Assembly: GCF_038561965.1 (NCBI RefSeq) | Contig: NZ_CP139348.1 | Location: forward strand, 1,546,340-1,610,339 | From: Stutzerimonas stutzeri | Lineage (GTDB): Bacteria; Pseudomonadota; Gammaproteobacteria; Pseudomonadales; Pseudomonadaceae | Reading direction: 5' to 3' | DNA: 64,000 nt | Shown: one piece after another, positions 1-9,666 of the stretch | Layout of the letters: the number at the start of each line of letters is the position of its first letter | How positions within the stretch are numbered: position 1 is the stretch's first letter | The notes under the pieces: generated by a model | Database searches by the model: none | The model's input: only the letters and a program-made list of their open reading frames with translations | Told to the model about the DNA's origin: nothing | Made by a program: the position numbers and the translations under genes

Positions 1-789
1 GCCAGCCATCTGGTCGAGTTCTTCAAGAGCGAAGTCGATGCCGGGCGTATGGCGAAGAATCTTGGCCCGATGCAGGTCGGTATCGGCAACATCGCCAACG
101 CCGTAATGTGTGGTCTGATTGACTCGCCGTTCGAAGACCTGGTCATGTACTCCGAAGTGCTGCAGGACTGCACCTTCGAGCTGATCGATGCCGGCAAGAT
201 GACGTTCGCCTCCGGCTGCTCGATCACTCTGTCCGAGCGTTGCAATGATCGCGTGTTCGGTAATCTGGCGATGTACAAGGACAAGCTAATCCTGCGTCCG
301 CAGGAAATCTCGAACCATCCTGAACTGGTGCGTCGTCTAGGCATCATCGGTATCAACACCGCGCTCGAGTTCGACATCTACGGTAACGTCAACTCCACTC
401 ACGTGGGTGGCACCAAGATGATGAACGGCATCGGTGGTTCGGGCGACTTCGCACGTAACGCTCACCTGGCCATCTTCGTGACCAAGTCGATCGCCAAGGG
501 CGGCAATATTTCCAGCGTCGTACCCATGGTCGCGCACGTCGACCATACTGAACATGACGTCGAGATTCTGGTTACCGAGCAGGGTCTGGCTGACCTGCGT
601 GGTCTGGCTCCGCGTGAGCGTGCGCGAGTCATTATCGACAACTGCGTACACCCGTCCTACCGTGACGTGCTGAACAAGTACTTCGACGACGCCTGCAAGA
701 AGGGCGGTCAGACGCCACACCTGCTGGGCGAAGCCATGCAGTGGCACATCAACCTGGAAGAACGTGGACACATGCTCAAAGGCGAGTGA
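1..789 (+). CDS. acetyl-CoA hydrolase/transferase family protein (succinyl-CoA:acetate CoA-transferase-like), C-terminal part; 5' end lies outside the window
   Basis: Frame 1 is open from base 1 with no stop and joins the listed ORF 49..789. The translated C-terminal domain matches the Ach1/ScpC CoA-transferase family (GGSGDF region). A stem-loop terminator follows. Confidence 0.8.
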   Translation, partial: ASHLVEFFKSEVDAGRMAKNLGPMQVGIGNIANAVMCGLIDSPFEDLVMYSEVLQDCTFELIDAGKMTFASGCSITLSERCNDRVFGNLAMYKDKLILRPQEISNHPELVRRLGIIGINTALEFDIYGNVNSTHVGGTKMMNGIGGSGDFARNAHLAIFVTKSIAKGGNISSVVPMVAHVDHTEHDVEILVTEQGLADLRGLAPRERARVIIDNCVHPSYRDVLNKYFDDACKKGGQTPHLLGEAMQWHINLEERGHMLKGE

Positions 790-798
790 TCCAACAAA

Positions 799-829
799 AC
801 CGCCGGCTTCCAGCCGGCGGTTTGCTTTT
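799..829 (+). terminator. rho-independent terminator after the CoA-transferase gene
   Basis: Inverted repeat accgccggc / gccggcggt with loop ttcca, followed by tttgctttt. Confidence 0.5.
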
Positions 830-1031
830 GCGGGGTGCAATGCCCTGCTTCGCTCGAATCCCGCCACGCTTTCCCTTTTGCAAAGGCTTCGGCTAGTATT
901 CCTGCCCCGTTCAACGGCAGGAGGCGTGTCTGAATCCTGCACCTCCCGTCCCTACGACAAGCCCGAACAGGCTGGCTAACGCCGCTGGACTCGGCGCATC
1001 GTGCAATCCCGTGCTGGCAGGACCCGCGACC

Positions 1032-2090
1032 ATGACGCAGATACCCGAACGCATACTTGTGCAGGCTCACCTGGCGGCCAAGCAGCCCAGGCCTCTGACG
1101 CATGAAGAGGAGGCGCAGTTGCGCAGCGAGATCGCTGTTGAATTGAAGCGCCAGAATGCAGTGTTGGTTGCTCATTACTACACCGATCCGGTGATTCAGG
1201 CATTAGCCGAGGAGACCGGCGGCTGCGTATCTGATTCCCTTGAGATGGCGCGTTTCGGCAATGAGCATCCAGCGCAGACGGTGCTGGTGGCTGGCGTCAA
1301 GTTCATGGGGGAGACGGCGAAGATCCTCAACCCGGAGAAGCGCGTGCTGATGCCCACGCTTGAGGCTACCTGTTCGCTTGATCTGGGTTGCCCGGTCGAG
1401 GAATTCTCGGCGTTCTGCGATCAGCATCCTGAACGCACTGTGGTGGTCTACGCCAATACCTCGGCCGCAGTTAAGGCGCGCGCTGATTGGGTGGTGACAT
1501 CCAGTTGCGCACTGGAGATTGTCGAAAGCCTGATGGATAACGGTGAGAAGATCATCTGGGCCCCGGACAAACATCTGGGCAATTACGTGCAGCGTGAAAC
1601 CGGCGCGGACATCCTGCTTTGGGATGGCGCCTGCATCGTTCATGAGGAGTTCAAGGCCAAGCAGTTGGCCGACATGAAGGCGCTGTACCCTGATGCGGCG
1701 ATCCTCGTGCACCCTGAGTCCCCTCAAGCTGTGGTCGAGCTCGCCGATGCGGTAGGTTCTACCAGTCAGCTGATCAAGGCGGCACAAACGCTGCCGCAGC
1801 AGACGCTTATCGTCGCAACGGACCGCGGCATCTTCTACAAGATGCAGCAGCTATGTCCCGAGAAGACCTTCATTGAGGCACCGACTGCCGGGCAGGGCGC
1901 GAGCTGCCGTAGCTGCGCGCATTGCCCATGGATGGCCATGAACACGCTTGAGCGAACCCTGGAATGCCTGCGTGCGGGGAGCAATGAAATCTTCGTCGAT
2001 CCGGCGCTCATTCCGCGTGCCGTCAAGCCGCTGAAGCGGATGCTCGATTTCACTCAGGCTGCGCGACTCAGGCAAGCCGGCAACGCCTGA
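1032..2090 (+). CDS. nadA: quinolinate synthase NadA
   Basis: The translation [19 protein letters not shown]... and the C-terminal cysteine cluster are typical of NadA. Start chosen at the internal ATG by family alignment from memory. Confidence 0.9.
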   Translation: MTQIPERILVQAHLAAKQPRPLTHEEEAQLRSEIAVELKRQNAVLVAHYYTDPVIQALAEETGGCVSDSLEMARFGNEHPAQTVLVAGVKFMGETAKILNPEKRVLMPTLEATCSLDLGCPVEEFSAFCDQHPERTVVVYANTSAAVKARADWVVTSSCALEIVESLMDNGEKIIWAPDKHLGNYVQRETGADILLWDGACIVHEEFKAKQLADMKALYPDAAILVHPESPQAVVELADAVGSTSQLIKAAQTLPQQTLIVATDRGIFYKMQQLCPEKTFIEAPTAGQGASCRSCAHCPWMAMNTLERTLECLRAGSNEIFVDPALIPRAVKPLKRMLDFTQAARLRQAGNA

Positions 2091-2131
2091 GGTCGAATCA
2101 GCGCTGAGGGTGCCTCAGCGCCTTGGCCTAA

Positions 2132-3562
2132 TCAGCGCAGCATTTCCTCGACCATGCGTTTTTCGTCCATTAGCTGCTTCTGCCGTGCGTCTATCCGTGC
2201 AGAAATCTGGAAATTGCTGGCGCGGCGTTTGGCGAGGTTGAGCTGCTCGATGCCCTGGTCGTAATCACCAACCAGCGCGAAGTATTCGGCACGCGCCTGG
2301 TGCAGGCCGACGATATTGCCACTCAGTCCGCGGACTTCCGCGACCTGGTACCAGATATCAGGGTCTCGACGGCGCTGTTCTGCAAGTTTGTCCAGCTCAC
2401 GTTCGGCTTGCTGCGTTTCGCCCTGTTCCATCAATAGATCAATGTGCATCTGGCGCACTGGATAGTTACCCGGGTACAGCTGCAGCAGCCGCTGTACGCG
2501 CGTCTGTGCCTGCTGAAGGCGATTGGAGGTAATGTCCAGTTCGATCTGGGCGAGGTTGTAAGTGAGGTCGTCCGGCGCCTTGGCTAGTAGGGGGGCGAGG
2601 CTGCTACTCGCGTCTGCGAGCTGGCCTGCCTTGATCTGGGCCAGCGCCAGGCCATAGCGGGCTGCGTCCATCTCCGGGTTTTCATTGAGCATCGCGCGGA
2701 AACGTTTCGCTCCAACGCCGGGGGTGCTTTCAAACTTGAGTTGCGTGCGGGCACGCATCAACTGGTAACGCAGGCTGTCCTGAGCGCCGCCCTGCGGATA
2801 TTGCTCCGCCCGATTGGTGGTATCGGCAATGCGCGACTCGCTGACCGGGTGGGTCAAGAGAAACTCCGGCGGCTTTTGATCGTAACGATACTGGCGCATG
2901 AGGCGGCCGAACATTGACGGCATCGCGCGTGGGTCGTAACCGGCCCGCTCTAGGTTGACGATGCCGATGCGGTCCGCTTCCTGTTCATTCTGCCGGGAGA
3001 AACGGCGCTGTGCCTGAATCGCAGCGGCCTGCGTGGACACGATAGCGGCGATACCGGCATCGCCTGCGCCTGCTGCCGCGGCGACGACGCCGGCCAGCAT
3101 GGCTGCCATCAGCGGCAGCTGCATGCGCTGCTGCGCTTCAAGGCCGCGGGCGAAATGACGTTGTGAAAGGTGCGCCAGTTCGTGAGCCATCACCGAGGCG
3201 TACTCGGCCTCGGTCTGGGCGTGGATAAACAGGCCGCCATTGACCCCGATGATGCCTCCCGGTGCGGCAAAGGCGTTCAGTTGGGGGCTGTCCAGCAGTA
3301 CGAACTCCAAGCGGCGGTCTTGCAGCTGACTGGTCTCGGCCAGGCGATAAACGCTGTTTTCGACGTAGTCCTTGAGCTGCGGATCGGAAAGCTGCCTGAC
3401 CTGGCCACGGAGCAGGCTGAGCCAGGCGCGCCCGAGTTGATGTTCCTGTTCCGGTGAAACGATGCCTGAACTGGCATCGCCGAGCGATGGCAGGTCGTTG
3501 GCCAACACCGGTTGGACAAGCAGGCAGGTGAGCGTGAGCAGGGCAGGGCGCAGCAGTTTCAT
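2132..3562 (-). CDS. bepA: M48-family periplasmic metalloprotease with TPR repeats (BepA/YfgC-like)
   Basis: Signal peptide MKLLRPALLTLTCLLVQPVLA, HEXXH zinc motif HELAHLSQRH, and a C-terminal TPR-rich region. Start placed at the ATG of MKLLRP, internal to the longer ORF. Confidence 0.85.
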   Translation of the reverse strand: MKLLRPALLTLTCLLVQPVLANDLPSLGDASSGIVSPEQEHQLGRAWLSLLRGQVRQLSDPQLKDYVENSVYRLAETSQLQDRRLEFVLLDSPQLNAFAAPGGIIGVNGGLFIHAQTEAEYASVMAHELAHLSQRHFARGLEAQQRMQLPLMAAMLAGVVAAAAGAGDAGIAAIVSTQAAAIQAQRRFSRQNEQEADRIGIVNLERAGYDPRAMPSMFGRLMRQYRYDQKPPEFLLTHPVSESRIADTTNRAEQYPQGGAQDSLRYQLMRARTQLKFESTPGVGAKRFRAMLNENPEMDAARYGLALAQIKAGQLADASSSLAPLLAKAPDDLTYNLAQIELDITSNRLQQAQTRVQRLLQLYPGNYPVRQMHIDLLMEQGETQQAERELDKLAEQRRRDPDIWYQVAEVRGLSGNIVGLHQARAEYFALVGDYDQGIEQLNLAKRRASNFQISARIDARQKQLMDEKRMVEEMLR

Positions 3563-3673
3563 CCAGACAGGCTCGTTGAAGTGAGAACGGCTACTGTAGC
3601 CTTGACCTTGGCCGGCTGGCCAGAGCCCTGGTGTGCTAGGTATGCTGCGAGGCTTTTCTGTGGAGGGCGAACC

Positions 3674-3925
3674 ATGACTGACGAACAATCGCAGTCGCTC
3701 GTATTCGATGCCGAAGTGGATGCTGTAGGCCTCGACTGTCCGATGCCGCTGCTCAAGGCCAAGCTGGAGTTGAACCGCTTGGCTAGTGGTGCGGTGCTCA
3801 AGGTCATCGCCAGCGATCCCGGTTCGCAGCGAGATTTTCGCAGTTTTGCCAAGCTGGCCGGCCATGCGTTGCTGCGTGAGGAGGCCGAGGATGGTCTTTA
3901 TCGCTACTGGCTGCGCAAGGCCTGA
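3674..3925 (+). CDS. TusA-like sulfurtransferase (YeeD/YedF family)
   Basis: CPxP motif (LDCPMPLLKAK) in an ~84-aa protein. RBS ggaggg lies 6 nt upstream of the ATG at 3674. Confidence 0.7.
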   Translation: MTDEQSQSLVFDAEVDAVGLDCPMPLLKAKLELNRLASGAVLKVIASDPGSQRDFRSFAKLAGHALLREEAEDGLYRYWLRKA

Positions 3926-3946
3926 CGATTCGCTTCGAGGAAATAC

Positions 3947-5017
3947 ATGATCAAGGTACTACGCGGTTGGATGCAGCGTTACTTCTCCGATGAGGAGGCG
4001 GTTGTTCTCGCGGTTCTGCTGTTCCTTGCCTTTGCGGCCGTGTTGACGCTCGGCAAGATGCTCGCGCCGGTGTTGGCCGGGCTGGTGCTAGCCTTCCTGA
4101 TGCAGGGGCTGGTCGGTGCGCTGCAGCGCCTGCGTGTGCCGCACCTTCTGGCGGTCTGGCTGGTGTTCCTGATGTTCATCGGGGTCATGGTGGTGTGCAC
4201 GCTATTCATCGTGCCACTGCTGTGGCAGCAACTGTTGACCTTGTTCAATGAGCTGCCGCGCATGCTGGTCGAATGGCAGTCTCTGCTGTTGCTGCTGCCA
4301 GAGCGCTATCCGCAGTTGGTAACCGAAGAGCAGGTGCTACGCGGCATCGATTTCATGCGCGGCGAGATCGGTCGTTATGGCCAAGTGGTGCTGACCTCCT
4401 CGCTGTCCAGCCTGCCATTGCTGATCGGGTTGATGATCTACCTGGTACTGGTCCCGATCCTGGTGTTCTTCTTCCTGAAGGACAGCGAGCAGATCAGCGG
4501 CTGGATCAAGGGCTACCTGCCACGCGAGCGTGGCTTGATCACCCAGGTTTCCCAGGAAATGAACCTGCAGATCGCCAATTACATCCGTGGCAAGGTGATC
4601 GAGATACTGATCGTGGCCGTCGTGTCCTACGCGGTCTTTGCTGCTCTGGGGCTCAACTACGCGGCGCTGATGGCGATGCTGGTGGGGATATCGGTCGTGG
4701 TGCCCTATATCGGCGCGACTGTTGTCACCATCCCTATCGCGCTGATTGGGATATTCCAGTGGGGGCTGGGCGACCAGTTCTTCTACTTGATGGTGGCGTA
4801 CGCAATCATCCAGACGCTGGACGGTAACGTGCTGGTGCCGCTGCTGTTCTCCGAGGCGGTGAACCTGCACCCGGTCGCGATCATTTGCGCGGTTCTGTTG
4901 TTCGGCGGTCTCTGGGGCTTCTGGGGCGTGTTCTTCGCTATCCCATTGGCGACCCTGTTCAAGGCTGTTCTCTACGCCTGGCCACGCGAGCCTGCGGTGG
5001 TTACTCCCAGCGAATGA
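3947..5017 (+). CDS. AI-2E family transporter (PerM/YdiK-like)
   Basis: Polytopic membrane protein with the AI-2E family pattern. It follows the TusA-like gene by 21 nt. Confidence 0.85.
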   Translation: MIKVLRGWMQRYFSDEEAVVLAVLLFLAFAAVLTLGKMLAPVLAGLVLAFLMQGLVGALQRLRVPHLLAVWLVFLMFIGVMVVCTLFIVPLLWQQLLTLFNELPRMLVEWQSLLLLLPERYPQLVTEEQVLRGIDFMRGEIGRYGQVVLTSSLSSLPLLIGLMIYLVLVPILVFFFLKDSEQISGWIKGYLPRERGLITQVSQEMNLQIANYIRGKVIEILIVAVVSYAVFAALGLNYAALMAMLVGISVVVPYIGATVVTIPIALIGIFQWGLGDQFFYLMVAYAIIQTLDGNVLVPLLFSEAVNLHPVAIICAVLLFGGLWGFWGVFFAIPLATLFKAVLYAWPREPAVVTPSE

Positions 5018-5027
5018 GCTAAGCGAG

Positions 5028-5052
5028 GGGCTGGCTGAGCCAGCCCTTTTTT
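5028..5052. terminator. bidirectional terminator between the AI-2E transporter gene and bcp
   Basis: Stem gggctgg / ccagccc with loop ctgag, followed by tttttt; it overlaps the bcp stop codon. Confidence 0.5.
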
Positions 5053-5524
5053 ATGCTTCGTTCAATGCCTGTGCTGCTTGAAGCACCGCTTCCACATGGC
5101 CTGGCACTTTCACGCCACGCCATTCCCGACGCAACACGCCGTTGCGGTCGATGAGGAAGGTGCTGCGGTCCACGCCGAGATACTCCTTGCCGTAGAGCTT
5201 CTTCTGCTTGATCACGTCGAACAGCTGGCACAGCTGCTCGTCCTTGTCGCTGACCAGCTCGAACGGGAAGCCTTGCTTGGTGCGGAAGTTCTCGTGAGTT
5301 TTCAGGCTGTCGCGCGAGACGCCGAAAATCAGCGTGTTGGCGGCCAGGAAGGCTGGGTGATGATCGCGAAAGCCTTGTCCTTCGGTCGTACAACCTGGCG
5401 TGTTGTCTTTCGGATAGAAGTACAGCACGACTTGCCTGCCATCCAGCGATGCGAGATCGATCAATTGGCTGCTGGTGGCCTGGACTTGGAAGGGCGGAAC
5501 GGGGTGATCGATTTCAACGGCCAT
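5051..5524 (-). CDS. bcp: thiol peroxidase / peroxiredoxin Bcp
   Basis: MAVEIDHPVPPF... with the conserved YFYPKDNTPGCTTE peroxiredoxin active-site region. Start at the internal ATG of the longer ORF. Confidence 0.85.
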   Translation of the reverse strand: MAVEIDHPVPPFQVQATSSQLIDLASLDGRQVVLYFYPKDNTPGCTTEGQGFRDHHPAFLAANTLIFGVSRDSLKTHENFRTKQGFPFELVSDKDEQLCQLFDVIKQKKLYGKEYLGVDRSTFLIDRNGVLRREWRGVKVPGHVEAVLQAAQALNEA

Positions 5525-5541
5525 ATTGGCTCCTGTTTCGG

Positions 5542-6102
5542 CTATGGGTTCTGCGGACGCCATGGCTCGATCAGCGCATCGAGATTGAGTGCGTCGGCGA
5601 AATCCAGGAACTGGTCGCGCAGCCAGCTGATCTGCGTGCCGGCCGGCAGCGTGACGGTTAGCGTGGCGTTGAGCATGGTCCCGCCAGTTTGCGGTGCCTG
5701 ATAGGTATCGCAAGTCAGGCTCTCCAGCTCGACGAGGTGGTCGATGAAGAACTGACACAGTTCATTGAGGATGTCGGGACGAAAGGCGGCGCTCACATAA
5801 GCCACGTACGGCAGCGCTTGCGGCCGGATTTCCAACGCTTCGCTGCGTACGACGTTGGCGGTGAAGGCGTGCTTCTTCGCCAAGCCTGGCAGGGTGGTCT
5901 CCATCCGGGCCAGCGCGTCCCAGCTGCCAGTGACTTCCAGAACCAGCGCACTGCATTCACCGTGACGGGTCAGTCGCGTGCTGACGACAGCGCAGCGGTT
6001 CTCGTTGGCGGCCCGGCAGAGCACATTGGTCAGCTCCATTGGGTTGGCGCCGAGAGCGCTGATGACGAGAAATTGTTCGCGGGGTAGAGGGGGGGTGGAC
6101 AT
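5542..6102 (-). CDS. gcvR: glycine cleavage system transcriptional repressor GcvR (tandem ACT domains)
   Basis: Two-ACT-domain protein, ~186 aa. It keeps the bcp-gcvR-dapA neighbourhood seen in enterics and pseudomonads. Confidence 0.75.
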   Translation of the reverse strand: MSTPPLPREQFLVISALGANPMELTNVLCRAANENRCAVVSTRLTRHGECSALVLEVTGSWDALARMETTLPGLAKKHAFTANVVRSEALEIRPQALPYVAYVSAAFRPDILNELCQFFIDHLVELESLTCDTYQAPQTGGTMLNATLTVTLPAGTQISWLRDQFLDFADALNLDALIEPWRPQNP

Positions 6103-6317
6103 GCAGCATTCCTGGCGGTGGTGAATCGGTCGGCCAGCCAAGCCGAAAACGGCTAAGGGTAGCGAAAAGTGAGGGCGGAGGGAATGCGCGCTGCCCGATG
6201 GAGGCCTTTTCGGGTGGCGTCGATATGCTTCGTGCGGCGTGCTTCACGCTACTCGCAAAGCGCTGGGGAGCCTTGTACCATTACGCCTCTTTTTATCTAT
6301 CCGGCAGGAGTGGTTGC

Positions 6318-7196
6318 ATGATTGCGGGCAGTATGGTGGCGCTGGTCACGCCCATGGATGCGCAAGGCGGTCTGGACTGGGACAGCCTGAGCAAACTGGT
6401 GGACTTCCATTTGCAGGAAGGCACCAATGCAATCGTTGCTGTCGGAACTACGGGTGAGTCGGCCACGCTGAGCGTCGCCGAGCACATCGAGGTGATCCGG
6501 CGCGTTGTCGATCAGGTCAACGGCCGTATCCCGGTCATCGCCGGAACGGGTGCCAACTCTACCAGTGAAGCCGTCGAGCTGACCGAAAACGCCAAGACTG
6601 CCGGTGCGGATGCCTGCCTGCTGGTGACCCCGTACTACAACAAGCCGACCCAGGAAGGCCTGTACCTGCACTTCAAGCATATCGCTGAAGCCGTGGCGAT
6701 TCCGCAGATCCTCTACAACGTGCCCGGTCGTACTGTGTGCGACATGCTGCCGGATACGGTCGAGCGACTGGCCAAGATAGCCAACATCATCGGTATCAAA
6801 GAGGCCACGGGCGACCTCAAGCGCGGCCAGGAAGTGCTGGATCGCGTCAGCAAGGATTTCCTCGTCTATTCGGGCGATGACCCCACCGCTGTCGAGTTGA
6901 TGCTGATGGGCGGCAAGGGCAACATTTCGGTCACGGCGAACGTGGCGCCGCGCGCCATGAGCGACCTCTGCGCTTCGGCGATGGCAGGCGATGCCGCCAC
7001 TGCCCGTGCGATCAACGAGCGTTTGATGCCGCTGCATCGCGCTCTGTTCCTGGAAGCCAACCCGATCCCGGTCAAGTGGGCATTGCACGAGATGGGCCTG
7101 ATGGGCAATGGCATCCGTCTGCCACTGACCTGGCTTAGCCAGAGCTTCCAGGAACCGCTGCGCCAGGCGATGCGCCAAACCGGCGTGCTGGCTTAA
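6318..7196 (+). CDS. dapA: 4-hydroxy-tetrahydrodipicolinate synthase DapA
   Basis: [14 protein letters not shown]... with the typical DapA TIM-barrel sequence. RBS ggcaggag upstream. Confidence 0.9.
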   Translation: MIAGSMVALVTPMDAQGGLDWDSLSKLVDFHLQEGTNAIVAVGTTGESATLSVAEHIEVIRRVVDQVNGRIPVIAGTGANSTSEAVELTENAKTAGADACLLVTPYYNKPTQEGLYLHFKHIAEAVAIPQILYNVPGRTVCDMLPDTVERLAKIANIIGIKEATGDLKRGQEVLDRVSKDFLVYSGDDPTAVELMLMGGKGNISVTANVAPRAMSDLCASAMAGDAATARAINERLMPLHRALFLEANPIPVKWALHEMGLMGNGIRLPLTWLSQSFQEPLRQAMRQTGVLA

Positions 7197-7212
7197 CAAC
7201 AAAGGAATACGC

Positions 7213-8310
7213 ATGAAGCGACTGGCCGGATTCTCGACCCTTGCCCTGATGATCTCTGCAACCAGTGGCTGCGGCTGGCTGTGGGGCGACGATGGATATT
7301 TCCGCGACCGCGGCAGCGACTACCTTTCGGCCCGCCAGACTGCTCCGATGCAGGTTGCCGTGGATGGTGAGGTCCGCCCGCTCGATCCGCTGCTGCCGGT
7401 CCCTCGTCAGGTTGCCGACAGCAGCCATGCTGGCAAGTACGAAGTGCCGCGTCCCCAGCGCTTGCAGGTTGCTGCGGATATCAGTGATTTCAGCGTGCAG
7501 TCCTCCGCTGATTCCCGTTGGCTGGTAGCGCAATACGCACCCGCTCAGGTGTGGATCGCCGCGCGGCAGTTCTTCACCGATAAGGGCTTCAGCATCGCTG
7601 ACGAGCGCCGCCAGACCGGCGAGTTCGCCACGGCCTGGCAGGCCGCCGCGGGGCTGGACGAAGCGTTGGTGCGTAACCTGGGCATTCAGGATGGCGAAAC
7701 ACGCGTGCGAGTTCGCGTCGAGCCCGGCGTGCAGCGCAACACCAGCGAGATCTTCGTGGTTAGCGTCAAGCGTCCTGCCGGCAGCACTGCCGATGTGGCG
7801 TGGCCTGAAACCTCAAGCAACAAGGAGCTCGATCGGGTGCTGCTCGATGAGCTGCAGGCGAGCCTGAACCGCAGTGCCCGCCAGGGTGGCTCCGTATCGC
7901 TGCTGGCCGAGCGCGACTTCGACGCACCAAGCCGCGTTAACCTGACCCAGGACGGTAGCGGCAATCCGCTGCTGCAGCTCGACAGCGATTTCGACCGAGC
8001 CTGGTCGAGCATCGGTCGTGCGCTCCAGGCGGCAGACGTGCGGGTCGACGACCTGGACCGCAGCCTGGGTGTTTACTACGTGAATTTGAGCGAGCGGGCC
8101 AACGATCCAGACGACAAGCCCGGTTTCTTCAGTCGCCTGTTTGGCGGCGCGGACAAAGACGACATCGAGGCGCGGGCCGAGCGCTATCAGGTGCGCCTGA
8201 CACGTGCCGGTAATGGCGTCCAGGTAACCCTGGACAAGAGCATCGACACCGTCGCGCCAGCTGACGTAGCTCGCCGAGTGCTCGGTCTGATCAAGGACAA
8301 CCTGGGCTGA
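7213..8310 (+). CDS. bamC: outer membrane protein assembly factor BamC (NlpB) lipoprotein
   Basis: Lipobox SGC in the signal peptide. It sits in the conserved dapA-bamC-purC position. Confidence 0.75.
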   Translation: MKRLAGFSTLALMISATSGCGWLWGDDGYFRDRGSDYLSARQTAPMQVAVDGEVRPLDPLLPVPRQVADSSHAGKYEVPRPQRLQVAADISDFSVQSSADSRWLVAQYAPAQVWIAARQFFTDKGFSIADERRQTGEFATAWQAAAGLDEALVRNLGIQDGETRVRVRVEPGVQRNTSEIFVVSVKRPAGSTADVAWPETSSNKELDRVLLDELQASLNRSARQGGSVSLLAERDFDAPSRVNLTQDGSGNPLLQLDSDFDRAWSSIGRALQAADVRVDDLDRSLGVYYVNLSERANDPDDKPGFFSRLFGGADKDDIEARAERYQVRLTRAGNGVQVTLDKSIDTVAPADVARRVLGLIKDNLG

Positions 8311-8340
8311 GCGAAAGCCGCCCTGCAACACGACACGGAT

Positions 8341-8375
8341 AGGCGAAACCTCAAGGTTTCGCCTGTTTCGTTTCT
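8341..8375 (+). terminator. rho-independent terminator after bamC
   Basis: aggcgaaacc / ggtttcgcct stem with loop tcaa, followed by gtttcgtttct. Confidence 0.5.
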
Positions 8376-8405
8376 GCCGACCTGCCAACCCGCGGAAGTT
8401 TTCGT

Positions 8406-9275
8406 ATGACCACTCCCACCGCCCTCAGCCTGAAGAAGATCTATTCGGGCAAGGTACGTGATCTCTACGAGATCGACGATAAACGCATGCTCATGGTCGC
8501 CACCGATCGCCTTTCGGCCTTCGACGTGATTCTTGCTGAGCCGATTCCGGAGAAGGGCAAGATCCTCACCGCCATCTCCAACTTCTGGTTCGACAAGCTT
8601 GCGGGCTTGATCCCCAATCACTTCACTGGCGACAAGGTCGAAGATGTGGTGCCGGCTGCCGAGTTGCCGCTGGTGGAAGGGCGTGCCGTAGTGGCCAAGC
8701 GTCTCAAACCGGTAGCGGTGGAGGCGATTGTGCGTGGCTACATCGTCGGCTCCGGCTGGAAGGAATACCAAAAGAGCGGCACGGTTTGCGGCATCCAGCT
8801 CCCGGCCGGTTTGAAGGAAGCTGCCAAGCTGCCGCAGCCGATCTTCACACCTTCGACCAAGGCTGCCGTGGGCGACCACGACGAGAACATCTCGTTCGAG
8901 CAGTGCGAAGCGATCATCGGCAAGGAGCTCGCTGCTCAGGTGCGCGACGTATCCATCGCCCTGTACAGCGCTGCGGTCGAATACGCGGCCACGCGGGGCA
9001 TCATCATCGCCGACACCAAATTCGAATTCGGTCTGGATGAAGATGGCACACTGACGCTGATGGACGAAGTGCTGACGCCCGACTCCAGCCGCTTCTGGCC
9101 GGCCGACAGCTACGAAGAAGGTAAGAACCCGCCGAGCTTCGACAAGCAGTTCGTCCGCGATTGGCTGGAATCCACCGGCTGGAACAAGCAGCCGCCGGCG
9201 CCAGCCGTTCCGGCAGACGTCGCGCAGAAGACTGCGGACAAGTACCGCGAAGCGCTTACCCGACTGACAGCCTGA
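8406..9275 (+). CDS. purC: phosphoribosylaminoimidazole-succinocarboxamide synthase PurC (long form)
   Basis: SAICAR synthetase motifs (YSGKVRDLY..., LSAFDVIL). Confidence 0.9.
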   Translation: MTTPTALSLKKIYSGKVRDLYEIDDKRMLMVATDRLSAFDVILAEPIPEKGKILTAISNFWFDKLAGLIPNHFTGDKVEDVVPAAELPLVEGRAVVAKRLKPVAVEAIVRGYIVGSGWKEYQKSGTVCGIQLPAGLKEAAKLPQPIFTPSTKAAVGDHDENISFEQCEAIIGKELAAQVRDVSIALYSAAVEYAATRGIIIADTKFEFGLDEDGTLTLMDEVLTPDSSRFWPADSYEEGKNPPSFDKQFVRDWLESTGWNKQPPAPAVPADVAQKTADKYREALTRLTA

Positions 9276-9359
9276 TCGGGACAAGTGAACGGACTCGCCA
9301 GTGCCTGTCACGGTAAGCGCAAGAGATTGAAAACGGATAAAAATCTGTGCAGTTGGGGT

Positions 9360-9387
9360 TCGACAAACTCAATCCAGCTGCTATGAT
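9360..9387 (+). promoter_or_regulatory. sigma70-like promoter for tRNA-Ser
   Basis: -35 tcgaca (9360-9365), 16-nt spacer, -10 tatgat (9382-9387), about 10 nt before the tRNA 5' end. Confidence 0.4.
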
Positions 9388-9397
9388 GCGCGCCGCT

Positions 9398-9487
9398 GGA
9401 GAGATGCCGGAGTGGCCGAACGGGACGGATTCGAAATCCGTTGTACCCTCGCGGGTACCTAGGGTTCAAATCCCTATCTCTCCGCCA
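9398..9487 (+). tRNA. tRNA-Ser (anticodon CGA)
   Basis: 90-nt cloverleaf: acceptor ggagaga/tctctcc, anticodon loop ttCGAaa, long variable arm, T-loop ggttcaaatcc, discriminator g and encoded CCA. Confidence 0.9.
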
Positions 9488-9503
9488 TTACATAAAGCCT
9501 AAA

Positions 9504-9540
9504 CCCTCGAACTCGCCAGAGTTCGGGGGTTTTTGCTTTT
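9504..9540 (+). terminator. rho-independent terminator after tRNA-Ser
   Basis: ccctcgaactc ... gagttcggggg hairpin followed by tttttgctttt. Confidence 0.6.
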
Positions 9541-9666
9541 AGGTGCCGCCAATTGCTCTGCAATGGGCTGGCTTGTCCCAGGTCTATGCTCGACGAGCGT
9601 CCGCGAACTACCTGCAGACGGCACAGGGACCATTGCATTGCGCGAAGCAAAGCGAAGAGGAGGGTG

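Noticed and set aside
8187-9311. 374-aa minus-strand ORF antisense to purC.
   Set aside because: It is fully embedded in the opposite strand of a well-supported housekeeping gene. No RBS or homology. Typical GC-rich shadow ORF.
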